A stretch of 64,000 nt of DNA from Thermoanaerobaculia bacterium (GCA_963719225.1 CAVRAY010000001.1:2336001-2400000), one strand, 5' to 3'; positions 45,841 to 55,630 are shown, counted from the stretch's first letter. Notes: generated from the letters alone by a model not told the origin. Numbers and translations: made by a program.

Positions 45841-46329
45841 TCACGGTGGGAATGTCCCGTAATAGACCGCGAAGCCGCTTCCCGGGTAATGATGGCTGAA
45901 GTCCTCGGGGCTCTCCTTGACCACGAAATGCTTCGAATTGCTGTAGTGATAGATGCTCCCGAGGTTGTAGATACCGATGTGCTTCTTCGGGATGTTCGCC
46001 ATGGTGTGGGCGCCCACATCCACCGCGGAGCTCCTGGTGACGAAGGCAAGGCAATCGGTCACGCTGGACGGCCGGTCACTGAAGAGACCGACATCTCCGC
46101 ACCGGGCGAATACCTCGTGAACACGCAGACACGCGGCGTCGCCCTTTCCATTTCCCGCCGACTTGCAGGTATAGCCGAAGGTGAATCCCCGGCTGTGACT
46201 CACGAAGTGAGCGCAGTGGTTGTCGGAGTCATCCTTGAAACCGTTACCGCAGAACTCCGAGATGTGCTTGTTCAGACAGCTCTCCAAGAGAGCGTAAAGC
46301 GTCATCAGTCTTTGCGGAACCGCGGACAT
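45841..46329 (-). CDS. Hypothetical papain-like/NlpC-P60-type hydrolase
   Basis: NHCAHFVSH and KHIGIY motifs; GGGAGGGAAG RBS. Confidence 0.6.
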   Translation of the reverse strand: MSAVPQRLMTLYALLESCLNKHISEFCGNGFKDDSDNHCAHFVSHSRGFTFGYTCKSAGNGKGDAACLRVHEVFARCGDVGLFSDRPSSVTDCLAFVTRSSAVDVGAHTMANIPKKHIGIYNLGSIYHYSNSKHFVVKESPEDFSHHYPGSGFAVYYGTFPP

Positions 46330-46364
46330 GTTCTTCCCTCCCGTCGGCTGGGTCAGGCGAAGCC

Positions 46365-46453
<89 letters not shown>

Positions 46454-46493
46454 GCGGAGCGGCAGGATAAAGCCGGGGCTAACCCGCGTCAAA

Positions 46494-47237
46494 TCAGCGG
46501 CGGAAGCCGGCGCGCTCGCGCTCCGTGACGAAGGCGTCGATGCGGAGCTGGTCCTTTTCCGAGATCTCCGTGAACCGCAGGCCGAACGCCGGGTGGAAGT
46601 GGTCCAGCTCGGTCGTGCGGCGCATGATCCGGCCCTTCGCGCTCAGGGGAACGGGATCGTCGGGCAGGAAGAACTCGATCTCCACGACGCGCCCGATCGC
46701 GATCGCGCTCTCGATCTCGACGAGCATCCCGTTCCCCGAGACGTTCAGGAGCTTGCCGAGCAGGACCGAGCCGTCGGTGCGCCCCTCGCGCACGCGCGCC
46801 AGGGTGTTCAGCTCGCGCCGCGCCGGGATGAGCGTGAGGCGCTTCGTCTTGTCGAGAAGCTCGTCGGGCGGGAACGGCGCGAGGATGAAGTCGTTCACGC
46901 CGGGCACGAGGGCCTCTTCGAGGTGCGGTTCTCCCGCCGGCACGACGAGCATCATGGACACGGTCCGCCAGTGTTTCTCCTCCCGCAGCCTCCGGCAGGC
47001 CGCGACGCCGCCGTCGGGCGGAAAACCGGCGTCCATGATCGCGAGGTCCGGAACTTTCGCGGCCGGAATCTGGAGGAGGTCCTCCAGCCGCTCCGCCACC
47101 ACGATCGAGTAGCCGGCAGTCTCGAGCGTTCCCGCGGCCCCGCGCAGCAGTCCCGCGGGCGCCCCCGCCAGGGCGACCTTCTTCTTCGCGAAGAGGCCCG
47201 ATCCCCGCGGGAACGTGCCCGAATCCTCGACCGTCAT
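46494..47237 (-). CDS. Response regulator receiver plus PilZ domain protein
   Basis: PDLAIMD receiver motif; NVSGNG, GRIMR, FGLRF PilZ motifs. Confidence 0.85.
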   Translation of the reverse strand: MTVEDSGTFPRGSGLFAKKKVALAGAPAGLLRGAAGTLETAGYSIVVAERLEDLLQIPAAKVPDLAIMDAGFPPDGGVAACRRLREEKHWRTVSMMLVVPAGEPHLEEALVPGVNDFILAPFPPDELLDKTKRLTLIPARRELNTLARVREGRTDGSVLLGKLLNVSGNGMLVEIESAIAIGRVVEIEFFLPDDPVPLSAKGRIMRRTTELDHFHPAFGLRFTEISEKDQLRIDAFVTERERAGFRR

Positions 47238-47632
47238 GCGGTCCCCTGCTTCACGATCACCGACCCGCGGGCGACCGGTCCTCCGTCGCCGTCCGTCACC
47301 ACGCCCTCGAGCTTGACCGTGTCTCCGAATCGCCCGGCGATCCGCACGTCGACGTTCAGGACGTCGCCCGCCACGGGCAGGCGTTCGACCGAGAAGTCGG
47401 AAATGCCGGCGAGAAATCCCTTCCGCCCGAGCGCGGCGTCGCCGCCCTCGAGGAGCAGGGCCGACTGAGCCACGAGCTCGGCCAGGGCGGCCGTCCGAAA
47501 CCCCGTGGCTCTCACCGCCTCCGCGTCCGCGCTCACGGTCGCCCGGACGCGCCCCTCGGCACGGCCCGTCCGCGCGACGACACCGTCCGCGAAGCGGAAC
47601 GGGAACGCATGCGGCAAGGGCTGAAAGTCCAC
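47234..47632 (-). CDS. FabA/FabZ-like hotdog dehydratase
   Basis: LPHAFPFRFAD, ELVAQS, PVAGD. Confidence 0.8.
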   Translation of the reverse strand: MDFQPLPHAFPFRFADGVVARTGRAEGRVRATVSADAEAVRATGFRTAALAELVAQSALLLEGGDAALGRKGFLAGISDFSVERLPVAGDVLNVDVRIAGRFGDTVKLEGVVTDGDGGPVARGSVIVKQGTA

Positions 47633-47637
47633 GGGCG

Positions 47638-47901
47638 TCAGGCAGCCTTCTCGCGCACGAAGTCGCACAGGGCGTTCACGGATGCGAATGCCTTCACACC
47701 CACTTCCTCGTCCTGTACCTTGATGCCGAATTCCTTCTCCACGCCGAGGACGAGCTCGAGCGCGTCGATCGAATCGAGGCCCAGGCCTCCCTCCGCGTCG
47801 CCGAAGAGCGGCGCGTCGTCGGCGATCGTCGCGGGGTCCATCTCGAGCTTGAGTTGACGAACGATCAGCTCCTTGACTCTTTTCTTGAGATCTTCTGGCA
47901 A
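47638..47901 (-). CDS. Acyl carrier protein
   Basis: GLDSIDALEL (canonical Ser); TTG start with GGGAG RBS; TATACT box upstream at 47937-47942. Confidence 0.93.
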   Translation of the reverse strand: MPEDLKKRVKELIVRQLKLEMDPATIADDAPLFGDAEGGLGLDSIDALELVLGVEKEFGIKVQDEEVGVKAFASVNALCDFVREKAA

Positions 47902-47967
47902 CGACGTACTCCCTCCCGGGTTGGCCGGAGCCGAGGAGTATACGAGCGTCGGCGCCGGAAGAGCTCC

Positions 47968-48735
47968 TCAGCCGACGAAGCCGCCGTCGATGCGGACCGT
48001 CTGCCCCGTGAGATAGCTCGCACCGTTGGTGCACAGAAACGAGACGAACGGCGCGATGTCGTCGGGGCGGCCGAATCGCTGCACCGGGACCCGCTTCAGG
48101 AAGTCTTCCCGGACCTCTTTCGTGAGGAACGAGATCATCTCCGTTTCCACAAATCCGGGCGCGACGGCGTTCACGGTGACTCCGAACGCGCCGACCTCGG
48201 CCGCGAGAGATTTCGTGAAGGCGACGAGCGCGCCTTTTGCGGCGGAATAGTTCGTCTGGCCGGCGCTGCCGGAGAACGCCGCGAGCGACGAGATGTTCAC
48301 GATGCGGCCCCAGCGTCGGCGCAGCATCCCGCGCATCACGGCTTTCGTCATGCGGTAGGTCCCGCCGAGCGCCGTGTCGAGGACGAGATTCCAGCTCGCG
48401 TCGGGCATGAGGGCGAAGAGGCCGTTCTTCAGGACGGCGGCGTTGTTCACGAGCACGTCCACGCCCTCGCGCTCCCGATCGAGCCGGTCGGCGAGCGCCG
48501 CGATGTCGGCCGCGGACGTGACGTCCGCCTTGGCGGCCTCGGCGCTGCCCCCGGCCTCACGGATTGCCGCGACCGCGGTCTCGGCCCCCGCCGCGTCGGC
48601 ACGGTAGGTGAGGACCGCGTGATACCCGTCGGCGGCGAGACGCTCGCCGATGGCGCGGCCGATGCCGCGCGACGCGCCGGTGACGAGCGCGACGCGCGTT
48701 CGGGCAGAGGAAGTCTGCGGATTCGGAGAATTCAT
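47968..48735 (-). CDS. fabG: 3-oxoacyl-ACP reductase
   Basis: TGASRGIG, NNAA, YSAAK, VAPGF. Confidence 0.88.
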   Translation of the reverse strand: MNSPNPQTSSARTRVALVTGASRGIGRAIGERLAADGYHAVLTYRADAAGAETAVAAIREAGGSAEAAKADVTSAADIAALADRLDREREGVDVLVNNAAVLKNGLFALMPDASWNLVLDTALGGTYRMTKAVMRGMLRRRWGRIVNISSLAAFSGSAGQTNYSAAKGALVAFTKSLAAEVGAFGVTVNAVAPGFVETEMISFLTKEVREDFLKRVPVQRFGRPDDIAPFVSFLCTNGASYLTGQTVRIDGGFVG

Positions 48736-49799
48736 TTGGTTTCGGACCCGAGCGAATCCTGTCGCGCCGAAGCGTGTGCAGAGGTGGATTTTTCCTTGAA
48801 GGGGAAGAGGGGAGGAGGAGCCAGCGATTTCGCGAACGACTCGATCGACTCTGGATCTTCCAGGGCGGGATTCGCGACCTTCGCTTCGCGAAGCGTCCAG
48901 CGCGTCATCTTCGTGAGGACGTCGCCGGGCCCGACCTCGGCGAAGCGTGAGAGGCCCGAATCGCCCATTGCCCGTAACGTCGGAGCAAAGAGCGATGGTC
49001 TGCAAATCTGCTTAGAAAGGACATGAGCGGCCTCTTCGGCGTTCTCCACGCGGCGCCCCAGCATGGGAGCGAAGAGAGCCGTACGCGGATGCGCGGTCCT
49101 GATACCCCTTTCTAAGAAATTTTGCAGACCATCACACACCGAGGAGAGGCTGCTCGAGTGCATCGGGACGTTGATCGAAAGCAATTCTGCCTTCAGCGCC
49201 TTCGGCCTTAGCGCTTCGACGGCCGCGGCGACGAGCGCCCGCTCACCCGTGAGGACGAACTGCGCCGCCGCATTCTCCGTCGCGATCGCGAGGCGAGCGC
49301 GATCGCCCGTCAGCGTGTCGAGCGCGTCCTCGACAGCCGGGCGCGCGAGGCCGATGACGTACGCCATCGTGCCGTCCACCGCGCCGCGCCGCGAGAACTC
49401 GGAGAGGAGCCGTTCGGCTTCGAGAAGGACGTCGAGCGCTGCCCAATTCTCGACGGCTCCCGCCACGGCGAAGGCGGCATAAGTGCCGAGGCTGTACCCG
49501 GCCACGGCGACGGGCTCGAGGTGATGGATACGGCGCAGCGTCTCGAGCGCCGCGAGCGAGACGGCAAAGACGCCGACTTGCGCGGGGAGGTCGTCGTGGA
49601 GGTTCTTTGCACCCTCGCCGAAGAACGTGTCCGCGAGGCGTACTCCAGACCTTCTGGAAATTTCTTCGAATAGTGAAGAGGCAAACTCGAATCGGCGGGC
49701 GAGGGCTTCGCCCATCCCGGCCTTCTCGGAGAGCTGACCCGGGAAGAGCGCCGCGAAGGCCGACGAGGACGGCCCCCTGACGACGAGAGGAGCCTTCAC
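48732..49799 (-). CDS. fabD: ACP S-malonyltransferase-like protein
   Basis: LFPGQ, AGYSLG, PMHS, EVGPG. Confidence 0.8.
   Translation of the reverse strand: MKAPLVVRGPSSSAFAALFPGQLSEKAGMGEALARRFEFASSLFEEISRRSGVRLADTFFGEGAKNLHDDLPAQVGVFAVSLAALETLRRIHHLEPVAVAGYSLGTYAAFAVAGAVENWAALDVLLEAERLLSEFSRRGAVDGTMAYVIGLARPAVEDALDTLTGDRARLAIATENAAAQFVLTGERALVAAAVEALRPKALKAELLSINVPMHSSSLSSVCDGLQNFLERGIRTAHPRTALFAPMLGRRVENAEEAAHVLSKQICRPSLFAPTLRAMGDSGLSRFAEVGPGDVLTKMTRWTLREAKVANPALEDPESIESFAKSLAPPPLFPFKEKSTSAHASARQDSLGSETK
48994..49133. repeat. 27-bp inverted repeat (24/27 match, 86-bp spacer) inside fabD
   Basis: GATGGTCTGCAAATCTGCTTAGAAAGG ... CCTTTCTAAGAAATTTTGCAGACCATC. Confidence 0.85.
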
Positions 49800-50755
49800 G
49801 CCGCGACGCCTCCCTTCTTCCCATTCTCAGAAATCTTCTCTTCCGTCTCGGCACTTACAGAAATCTTCTCTTCCCTATTCCTATTCGCAGAAATCTCTTC
49901 TTCTTTCTCTTCTTTCTCTTGGAGCTCCGCTCGAATCGACGAGATCGGCGCGAAGCGATGGCGCGCGAGGAGGCGGCGCCAATGCCCTTCCGTGCGCGTG
50001 CGTCCCGCGAAGTGGACGAGGCTCTGAACGGGAGAGAGGCCGGGCATCGCAGGGTGGGCGTCGTCGAACTCCCAGGGATGCGCATAGAGGACAGGCGGGA
50101 TGCCGTTCGCCAGGGCCCGTTCGAGCGCCGCGGAGATGCGGTTTTCGCGCGTGAGGCGCGCGCACACGCCGCCGCCCCACATCGCCCGGAAGCCGAAGAA
50201 CGTGCCCATGAGCGGTGGGATTTCCAGAATCGGACCGGAGGCGGTTTCGAGCATTGCGGGTCGATCCGGATTCGAGCGCACTCCGACTGGCGGTGCTGTC
50301 GTGAGCGAAGAGTCCCGCTCGAAACCCTCCTCGACGAGGACCGTGAAGGCTGGGTTTCTCGCGCTCCTCATCGACCACTCCGGCGCCCGGAAAGACGTCA
50401 CCGGCTTCCCGACGAGCTCCCGCAGCGAGTCGCGGCTCTTCCGGAGGTCCCCGCGAAACTCCTCGGGCGTCATCTCGAAGACGCGGCGGTGCAGGTCTCC
50501 GTGGCAGCCGATCTCGTGGCCCGCGTCCGCGATCCGCCTGACGAGCGCCGGACTCTGGCGCGCGATCCAGCCGAGGACGAAGAACGTCGCGGTCGAACCG
50601 GTTCCGTCGAGGAGCGCGAGGATGCGCTCGAGTCCCACGTGGACCCTCTTCTCGCGTCCCGCCCAGGTTGCCGGATCCGAATACGCGCGATGTCCGCAGA
50701 CGTGGAACCAGTCCTCCACGTCGACGGTCAGGATCGGGGCCACGCTCGCGCTCAC
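49796..50755 (-). CDS. Polysaccharide deacetylase (DUF3473-type)
   Basis: TVDVEDWF, TFFVLG, HEIGCHG, FRAP, YAHPWEFD. Confidence 0.9.
   Translation of the reverse strand: MSASVAPILTVDVEDWFHVCGHRAYSDPATWAGREKRVHVGLERILALLDGTGSTATFFVLGWIARQSPALVRRIADAGHEIGCHGDLHRRVFEMTPEEFRGDLRKSRDSLRELVGKPVTSFRAPEWSMRSARNPAFTVLVEEGFERDSSLTTAPPVGVRSNPDRPAMLETASGPILEIPPLMGTFFGFRAMWGGGVCARLTRENRISAALERALANGIPPVLYAHPWEFDDAHPAMPGLSPVQSLVHFAGRTRTEGHWRRLLARHRFAPISSIRAELQEKEEKEEEISANRNREEKISVSAETEEKISENGKKGGVAA
49822..49920. repeat. Three 30-bp-period copies of CAGAAATCT(TCTCTTCC)
   Basis: CAGAAATC starts at 49828, 49858 and 49888; encodes the EEKIS-type tail of the deacetylase. Confidence 0.8.
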
Positions 50756-50801
50756 CTTCCTGGGATTATGCCGCTCGGGAGAGTCTCCGTGAGACCGCGC
50801 G

Positions 50802-51866
50802 TCACCTGACGGCCGGGTCGATTCTCTTTTCGGTCGCCGCCGAAAAGACGTGGACCCTTTCCTTCGCCACGCGCACGCGGAGCTTTTCCGGCCACTCGCG
50901 CGGCGCGCTCAGGGCGCGCAAGGTCTCCTCACCGGCGCGGAGGCTGACGAGATCGCGGTCCCCCGCGTGCTCGACGAGCGTCACGTCCGCTTCGAAGCTG
51001 CCGCCCGGCGCGTCCACCATGGTCTCGACGTCCTCCGGCCGGATCCCGACGCACACCTCGCTTTCCGCGATTCCGTCGGGAAGAGGAAGGCGGACGCCTC
51101 GCCCCGCGAACGCTCCGTTCTCCACATGCCCCCGCCAGACCGTCATCCGCGGGCTGCCCACGAACGTCGCCGTGAAGAGGTCCGCCGGCCGGCGATAGAG
51201 GTCGAGAGGCGCGCCGGACTGCAGCGCCTTCCCCTCCTTCATCACGAGGATCTCGTCCGACAGCGCGAGAGCTTCTCCCTGGTCGTGCGTGACGTAGACG
51301 ACCGTCGCTCCGAGGCGGCCGAAAAGAGACCGCAGCTCGGACCTCATGCCTTCGCGCAGGAGCGCGTCGAGGTTCGAGAGCGGCTCGTCCATGAGATAGA
51401 TCCGGGGACGCTTGACGAGCGCGCGCCCCAGCGCGACGCGCTGCTGTTCGCCCCCGGAGAGCTGCCGGGGACGACGATCCAGGAGCCTCCCGAGGCCGAG
51501 GAGCTTCGCCGCGTCGCCGACGCGGCTCGAGATCTCCGCCCGCGGGACCTTCCGCGTCTCGAGCGCGAGCGAGAGGTTGCGCGCCACGCTCAAATGCGGA
51601 TAGAGCGCGTAGTTCTGGAACACGAACCCCACGTCGCGCCTCCCCGCCGGAACGTCGGCGAGGGACGCGCCGTCCAGCGTGAGCGAGCCCGAGGTCGCCG
51701 TCTCGAGCCCCGCCACGATCCGGAGCAGCGTGGACTTGCCGCAGCCCGACGGGCCGAGGAGGGTGAGGACGCGCCCCGCGTCCACCGAGAAGCTCACGCC
51801 GTCGAGCGCGCGCGCTCCCCCCGGGAAGTCCTTCGTGATCCCCTCGCCGCGAAGAGCCCCCGCCAC
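50802..51866 (-). CDS. Sugar ABC transporter ATP-binding protein (MalK/MsmX-like)
   Basis: GPSGCGKS, FQNYALYPH, LSGGEQQR, DEPLSNLD. Confidence 0.93.
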   Translation of the reverse strand: MAGALRGEGITKDFPGGARALDGVSFSVDAGRVLTLLGPSGCGKSTLLRIVAGLETATSGSLTLDGASLADVPAGRRDVGFVFQNYALYPHLSVARNLSLALETRKVPRAEISSRVGDAAKLLGLGRLLDRRPRQLSGGEQQRVALGRALVKRPRIYLMDEPLSNLDALLREGMRSELRSLFGRLGATVVYVTHDQGEALALSDEILVMKEGKALQSGAPLDLYRRPADLFTATFVGSPRMTVWRGHVENGAFAGRGVRLPLPDGIAESEVCVGIRPEDVETMVDAPGGSFEADVTLVEHAGDRDLVSLRAGEETLRALSAPREWPEKLRVRVAKERVHVFSAATEKRIDPAVR

Positions 51867-51876
51867 GCGCCCGTCC

Positions 51877-52710
51877 TCACCCTTTGATCGCGCCGCGGGT
51901 CAGACCGCTCGCGATCCGTTTTTCGAAGAGCAGCACGAGGAGGACGAGCGGCAGCGTCGCGATCACGATCGCCGCCGAGAGCTGGCCCCACGGGATCTCG
52001 AACATCGAGGATCCGCTGACACTCGCGATGCCGGCGGTGATCGTCTTGCGCGCGTCCCGCGTCATGAACGTCAGGGCGAGCATGAACTCGTTCCACGAGA
52101 AGATGAAGACGAGAATCGCGGCCGTCACGACAGAGGGAGCGGCCAGCGGGAGCTGGATCAGGAGGACGCGGCGCGACGGGCCGAGCCCGTCGAGCGTCGC
52201 CGCCTCTTCGACGGCACGCGGGATCTGGGAGAAGCCGCGCTCCAGGATCCACACCGAGAGCGGAAGGGACAGCGCCGCGTACGGCAGGATGAGCGCGAGC
52301 GGGTGGTTGAGCCAGCCGAGGATCCGCACGCCCTGGTACAGCGGGTAGAGCAGCAGGATCGGCGGAAACACGGTGAGAGCGAGGAGCGCATGCAGGATGT
52401 TCCGCCTCCGGCGCTCCGTCGCCCGGCCCAGCGCGCTGGCCGCCGGCGCCGCGAGGAGGATCGAGAGAAGCGTCGAGGCGCCCGAGATCGCGGCGGAGTT
52501 CGTGAGGTACGCGCCGATGGGCTTTCGTTCCCAGAGCGACGTCACGTGCTTCCACGTCACGGGACGCGGAAGGTAGACCGTTGGAACGCGCGCCACGTCG
52601 CGATCCGGCTTCAGGGCCGTCAGGACCTGCCAGGCGGCCGGCGCGAGGCTCCACACCACGAGCATGAGGACGGCGAACGCGAGGCCGGCACGCGCAACCA
52701 GGCTTTTCAC
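51877..52710 (-). CDS. Carbohydrate ABC permease (MalG-like)
   Basis: EEAATLDG, FIFSWNEF. Confidence 0.92.
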   Translation of the reverse strand: MKSLVARAGLAFAVLMLVVWSLAPAAWQVLTALKPDRDVARVPTVYLPRPVTWKHVTSLWERKPIGAYLTNSAAISGASTLLSILLAAPAASALGRATERRRRNILHALLALTVFPPILLLYPLYQGVRILGWLNHPLALILPYAALSLPLSVWILERGFSQIPRAVEEAATLDGLGPSRRVLLIQLPLAAPSVVTAAILVFIFSWNEFMLALTFMTRDARKTITAGIASVSGSSMFEIPWGQLSAAIVIATLPLVLLVLLFEKRIASGLTRGAIKG

Positions 52711-53588
52711 GTCAGGCCCCGGCGCCGGCTGGACAGAGCGATCACGAGCGCGAGGGCGGCCACGAGGAGAGTGCCGTGCGCCGCGATGGCGGAACCGTAT
52801 CCGAAGTCGAGGTACCGGAAGAAGCTCTGGAACGCATAGAGCGAGACGGTCTCGGTCGACCCGCCGGGGCCGCCGCCCGTCATGACGTAGACGATGTCGA
52901 ACGCGCCCCAGGCCTGGGCAGCCCGGAAGAGCGCCGCGACGGCGATCGAAGGGAGGAGGAGCGGCAGGACGACGTGCCGGAACCGCTGCCAGGCGCCGAG
53001 CCCGTCCACGCGCGCGGCCTCGAGGACGCTCTCGGGAATTCCCTGCAGGCCGGCGAGGACGATGAGCGCGACGAAGGGCGTCGTCTTCCAGACGTCGGCG
53101 AACACGATCGCCGCCATCGCCGTGCGTGGGCCGCTCAGCCACGCGATGGAGCCCGACACGAGACCCGTGCGGCGGAGCAGGTCGTTCGCCACCCCGAAGG
53201 AGTCGTTGAAGATCCAGGAGAACGCGAGGGCCATGACCGCGGTCGGAAGGGCCCAGGGCACGAGCATGACGGAGCGGACGAGGCCCCGGCCTCGAAACGA
53301 CCGGTCGAGAACGAGCGCGAAGGCGACGCCGAGAAAGGTCTCGAGGAGCACGGACGCTCCGGTGAAGACCGCCGTGTTCCTCAGGGCGCCCAGGAACCGG
53401 CTGTCCGACCAGAGGCGGGTCGCCGGTTCCAGGCCGGCCCACCGCGTCGCCATCCCTCCCTCGAGCTCGACGCGCGTGAAGGACAGCGCGACGACGTCGA
53501 GGATCGGCAGAGCGACGACGAGCGTCACGAGCGCGAGCGCCGGAAGGAGCGGAAGCAGGTTCTCGCGGAAACGAGAGCCCCTGTTCAT
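52707..53588 (-). CDS. Carbohydrate ABC permease (MalF-like)
   Basis: WKTTPF, EAARVDG, MTGGGPG. Confidence 0.92.
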   Translation of the reverse strand: MNRGSRFRENLLPLLPALALVTLVVALPILDVVALSFTRVELEGGMATRWAGLEPATRLWSDSRFLGALRNTAVFTGASVLLETFLGVAFALVLDRSFRGRGLVRSVMLVPWALPTAVMALAFSWIFNDSFGVANDLLRRTGLVSGSIAWLSGPRTAMAAIVFADVWKTTPFVALIVLAGLQGIPESVLEAARVDGLGAWQRFRHVVLPLLLPSIAVAALFRAAQAWGAFDIVYVMTGGGPGGSTETVSLYAFQSFFRYLDFGYGSAIAAHGTLLVAALALVIALSSRRRGLT

Positions 53589-54877
53589 CGCGGACGTCCG
53601 AGCAGGAGCCGGGTCTCTTTCGCCGCGTCCGCGAGGGCACGTTGCGCCGTCACGAGACCGGCGAGGCAGGCGCTGACGTGACGTTGAAGGATGTCGGAGG
53701 CGAGCGCGTACCGGGGAATCGGCGGCCGCATCACCGCATCTCCATGAAGCTTCAGGATCTCGGGAAGGAGCGGATTCGAAGCGAGGAGCTGCGGGTCGCG
53801 GTAGGCCTCGAGGCGCGCCGGAGCGTAGCCGGACGTGAGACAGAGGGCGCGCTGCGCGTCGAGGGAGACGGCCTCGCGAATGAAATCCGCGGCGAGCGAG
53901 GGATTCCTGCTGAAGCGCGAGATGCCGAAGCCCCAGCCGCCGAGCGTGCCGGCGCCCGGCCGGCCCGGAGCATGGGGCACGGCCTCGACGCCGATCTTTC
54001 CCGCGACGCGCGAGTCCTTCGCCTGGGCGAGGCGCCAGACGTACGGCCAGTTGAGGAGGAAGACGGCCTGTCCGTTCTGGAAGATGCGGCGGCTGTCGTC
54101 CTCCTTCAGGCTCGTCACGCCCGGCGGACTGATGGCGTCCACTGAGCGCGATCGCCTCAGGAATTCCAGCGCCGCCACGGCTTCCCTTCGGTCGAGCCCC
54201 ACCTCGAGCGACTCCGGGTCGACCCAGAAGCCGCCCGCGCCGGAGAGGAGCTCCAGAAAGACGCAGGTGAGGCCCTCGTACTGGCTCCCCTGCCACAAGA
54301 AACCCCACCTGTCCGGAGGAGCCTGGAGGCGTCGTGCCGCGGCGGTCAGCTCCTCGAACGTCTCGGGCGGTGGGATCCCCGCCTCCTCGAGCAGGTCCCG
54401 GCGGTAATAGAGGAGTCCGACGTCGGTCCTGACGGGAATCCTGTAGAGGTACCCGCGGTACCGGCCGGCGTCGAGCGCGCGCGGGAGCAGCGCTCCCAGC
54501 TCCTCGGGCCGGAAGACGTCGTCGAGAGGCAGGAGCCATCCGGCCGCGGCGAACTTCGGCGTCCAGGTGACGTCCATGTAGACGACGTCGAGCGAATCGT
54601 CGCCCGCGAGGAGCGACGTCGTGTACATGTTCTCCCGCAGGTCGGTGGCGTTCGGGCCCTCGACCATCTCGACCCGGACGCCGTGCGTCCTTCCGAACCG
54701 CTCCACGATCGGCGCCCACAGCGCTCGCTCGCTCGCGAGGACGATGAAGGAGAGGCGGTCCAGGACGGTTGCTTTCCGCCCGCCGCCGAGCCCGCATCCG
54801 CCCGACGCGAGCAGAGCGGCGAGCGCGGCGGCTCCGACCCATCGCCGCGTCACGAGAAAGACGTGAGAACGAGGCAC
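53585..54877 (-). CDS. Sugar ABC substrate-binding lipoprotein (trehalose/maltose-like)
   Basis: Lipobox-like GGC; MDVTWTPKFAAAGWL, QYEGL, NWPY, LGGWG. Start approximate. Confidence 0.9.
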   Translation of the reverse strand: MPRSHVFLVTRRWVGAAALAALLASGGCGLGGGRKATVLDRLSFIVLASERALWAPIVERFGRTHGVRVEMVEGPNATDLRENMYTTSLLAGDDSLDVVYMDVTWTPKFAAAGWLLPLDDVFRPEELGALLPRALDAGRYRGYLYRIPVRTDVGLLYYRRDLLEEAGIPPPETFEELTAAARRLQAPPDRWGFLWQGSQYEGLTCVFLELLSGAGGFWVDPESLEVGLDRREAVAALEFLRRSRSVDAISPPGVTSLKEDDSRRIFQNGQAVFLLNWPYVWRLAQAKDSRVAGKIGVEAVPHAPGRPGAGTLGGWGFGISRFSRNPSLAADFIREAVSLDAQRALCLTSGYAPARLEAYRDPQLLASNPLLPEILKLHGDAVMRPPIPRYALASDILQRHVSACLAGLVTAQRALADAAKETRLLLGRPR

Positions 54878-54925
54878 GGCCACCTCCCCGGGACGACGCA
54901 ATCACGATGCCCGTGGATGATCCGC

Positions 54926-55630
54926 TCAGGAGGCGTCGGAATCGAGGGTCTTGTAATAAACGCTCAGCCAGGAGGTGACCCAGGTGTCGCGGAAAGGCCG
55001 GTAGTGCGAGCGGGAGGGGCCGTAGATGGTCTTCACCGGCACGGTCGCGAAACGTTCCACGTTCGGGGCCGCCTTGATGAGGATCTCGTTCTCGATGGAG
55101 TACCGCGCGGCGCCGAGCCTGAGTCTCCGCAGCAGGTCCGCCGCGATCACGCGGTACCCCGACTGGCCGTCCTCGATCGGCAGTCCGGTCATGCGCGAAA
55201 GCACCTTGTCGCCGATCGTGTTCGCCCAGAAGTTCTTGGCCGGCATCGCCGCCACGTCCTTCAGCCGCGACCCCACGACGAAGTCGGCGCCCGCGCGGGC
55301 GGCCGACAGCAGAGCCGGGAGGTCGTCGGGATCGTGCTGCCCGTCGGCGTCCACGAAGGCCACGTGCGAAACGTCACGCGCCAGAAGGTCCGCGAGCCCG
55401 TCCCGGAGCGCGCGCCCTTTTCCTCCGTTCCGCCCGCGGACGAGAACCCGGGCGCCCGCGGTGACTGCCTCTTCCGCGGTCCCGTCGCCGCTCCCGTCAT
55501 CGACTACGAGGACGTCGGGAAGATGGGCGAGGAGTCCCCGGACGACGCCCCCCACGGCACCGGCGCAGCGGTAGGCGGGGACGAGCGCGGCGGGGTGGAA
55601 AGGCCCCCGGGATTCGCCCGGGGATGTCAA
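54926..55630 (-). CDS. Glycosyltransferase family 2 (DPM synthase-like)
   Basis: VVDDGSGDGT, GKGRAL, DADGQH, DGQSGYR. Confidence 0.92.
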   Translation of the reverse strand: MTSPGESRGPFHPAALVPAYRCAGAVGGVVRGLLAHLPDVLVVDDGSGDGTAEEAVTAGARVLVRGRNGGKGRALRDGLADLLARDVSHVAFVDADGQHDPDDLPALLSAARAGADFVVGSRLKDVAAMPAKNFWANTIGDKVLSRMTGLPIEDGQSGYRVIAADLLRRLRLGAARYSIENEILIKAAPNVERFATVPVKTIYGPSRSHYRPFRDTWVTSWLSVYYKTLDSDAS

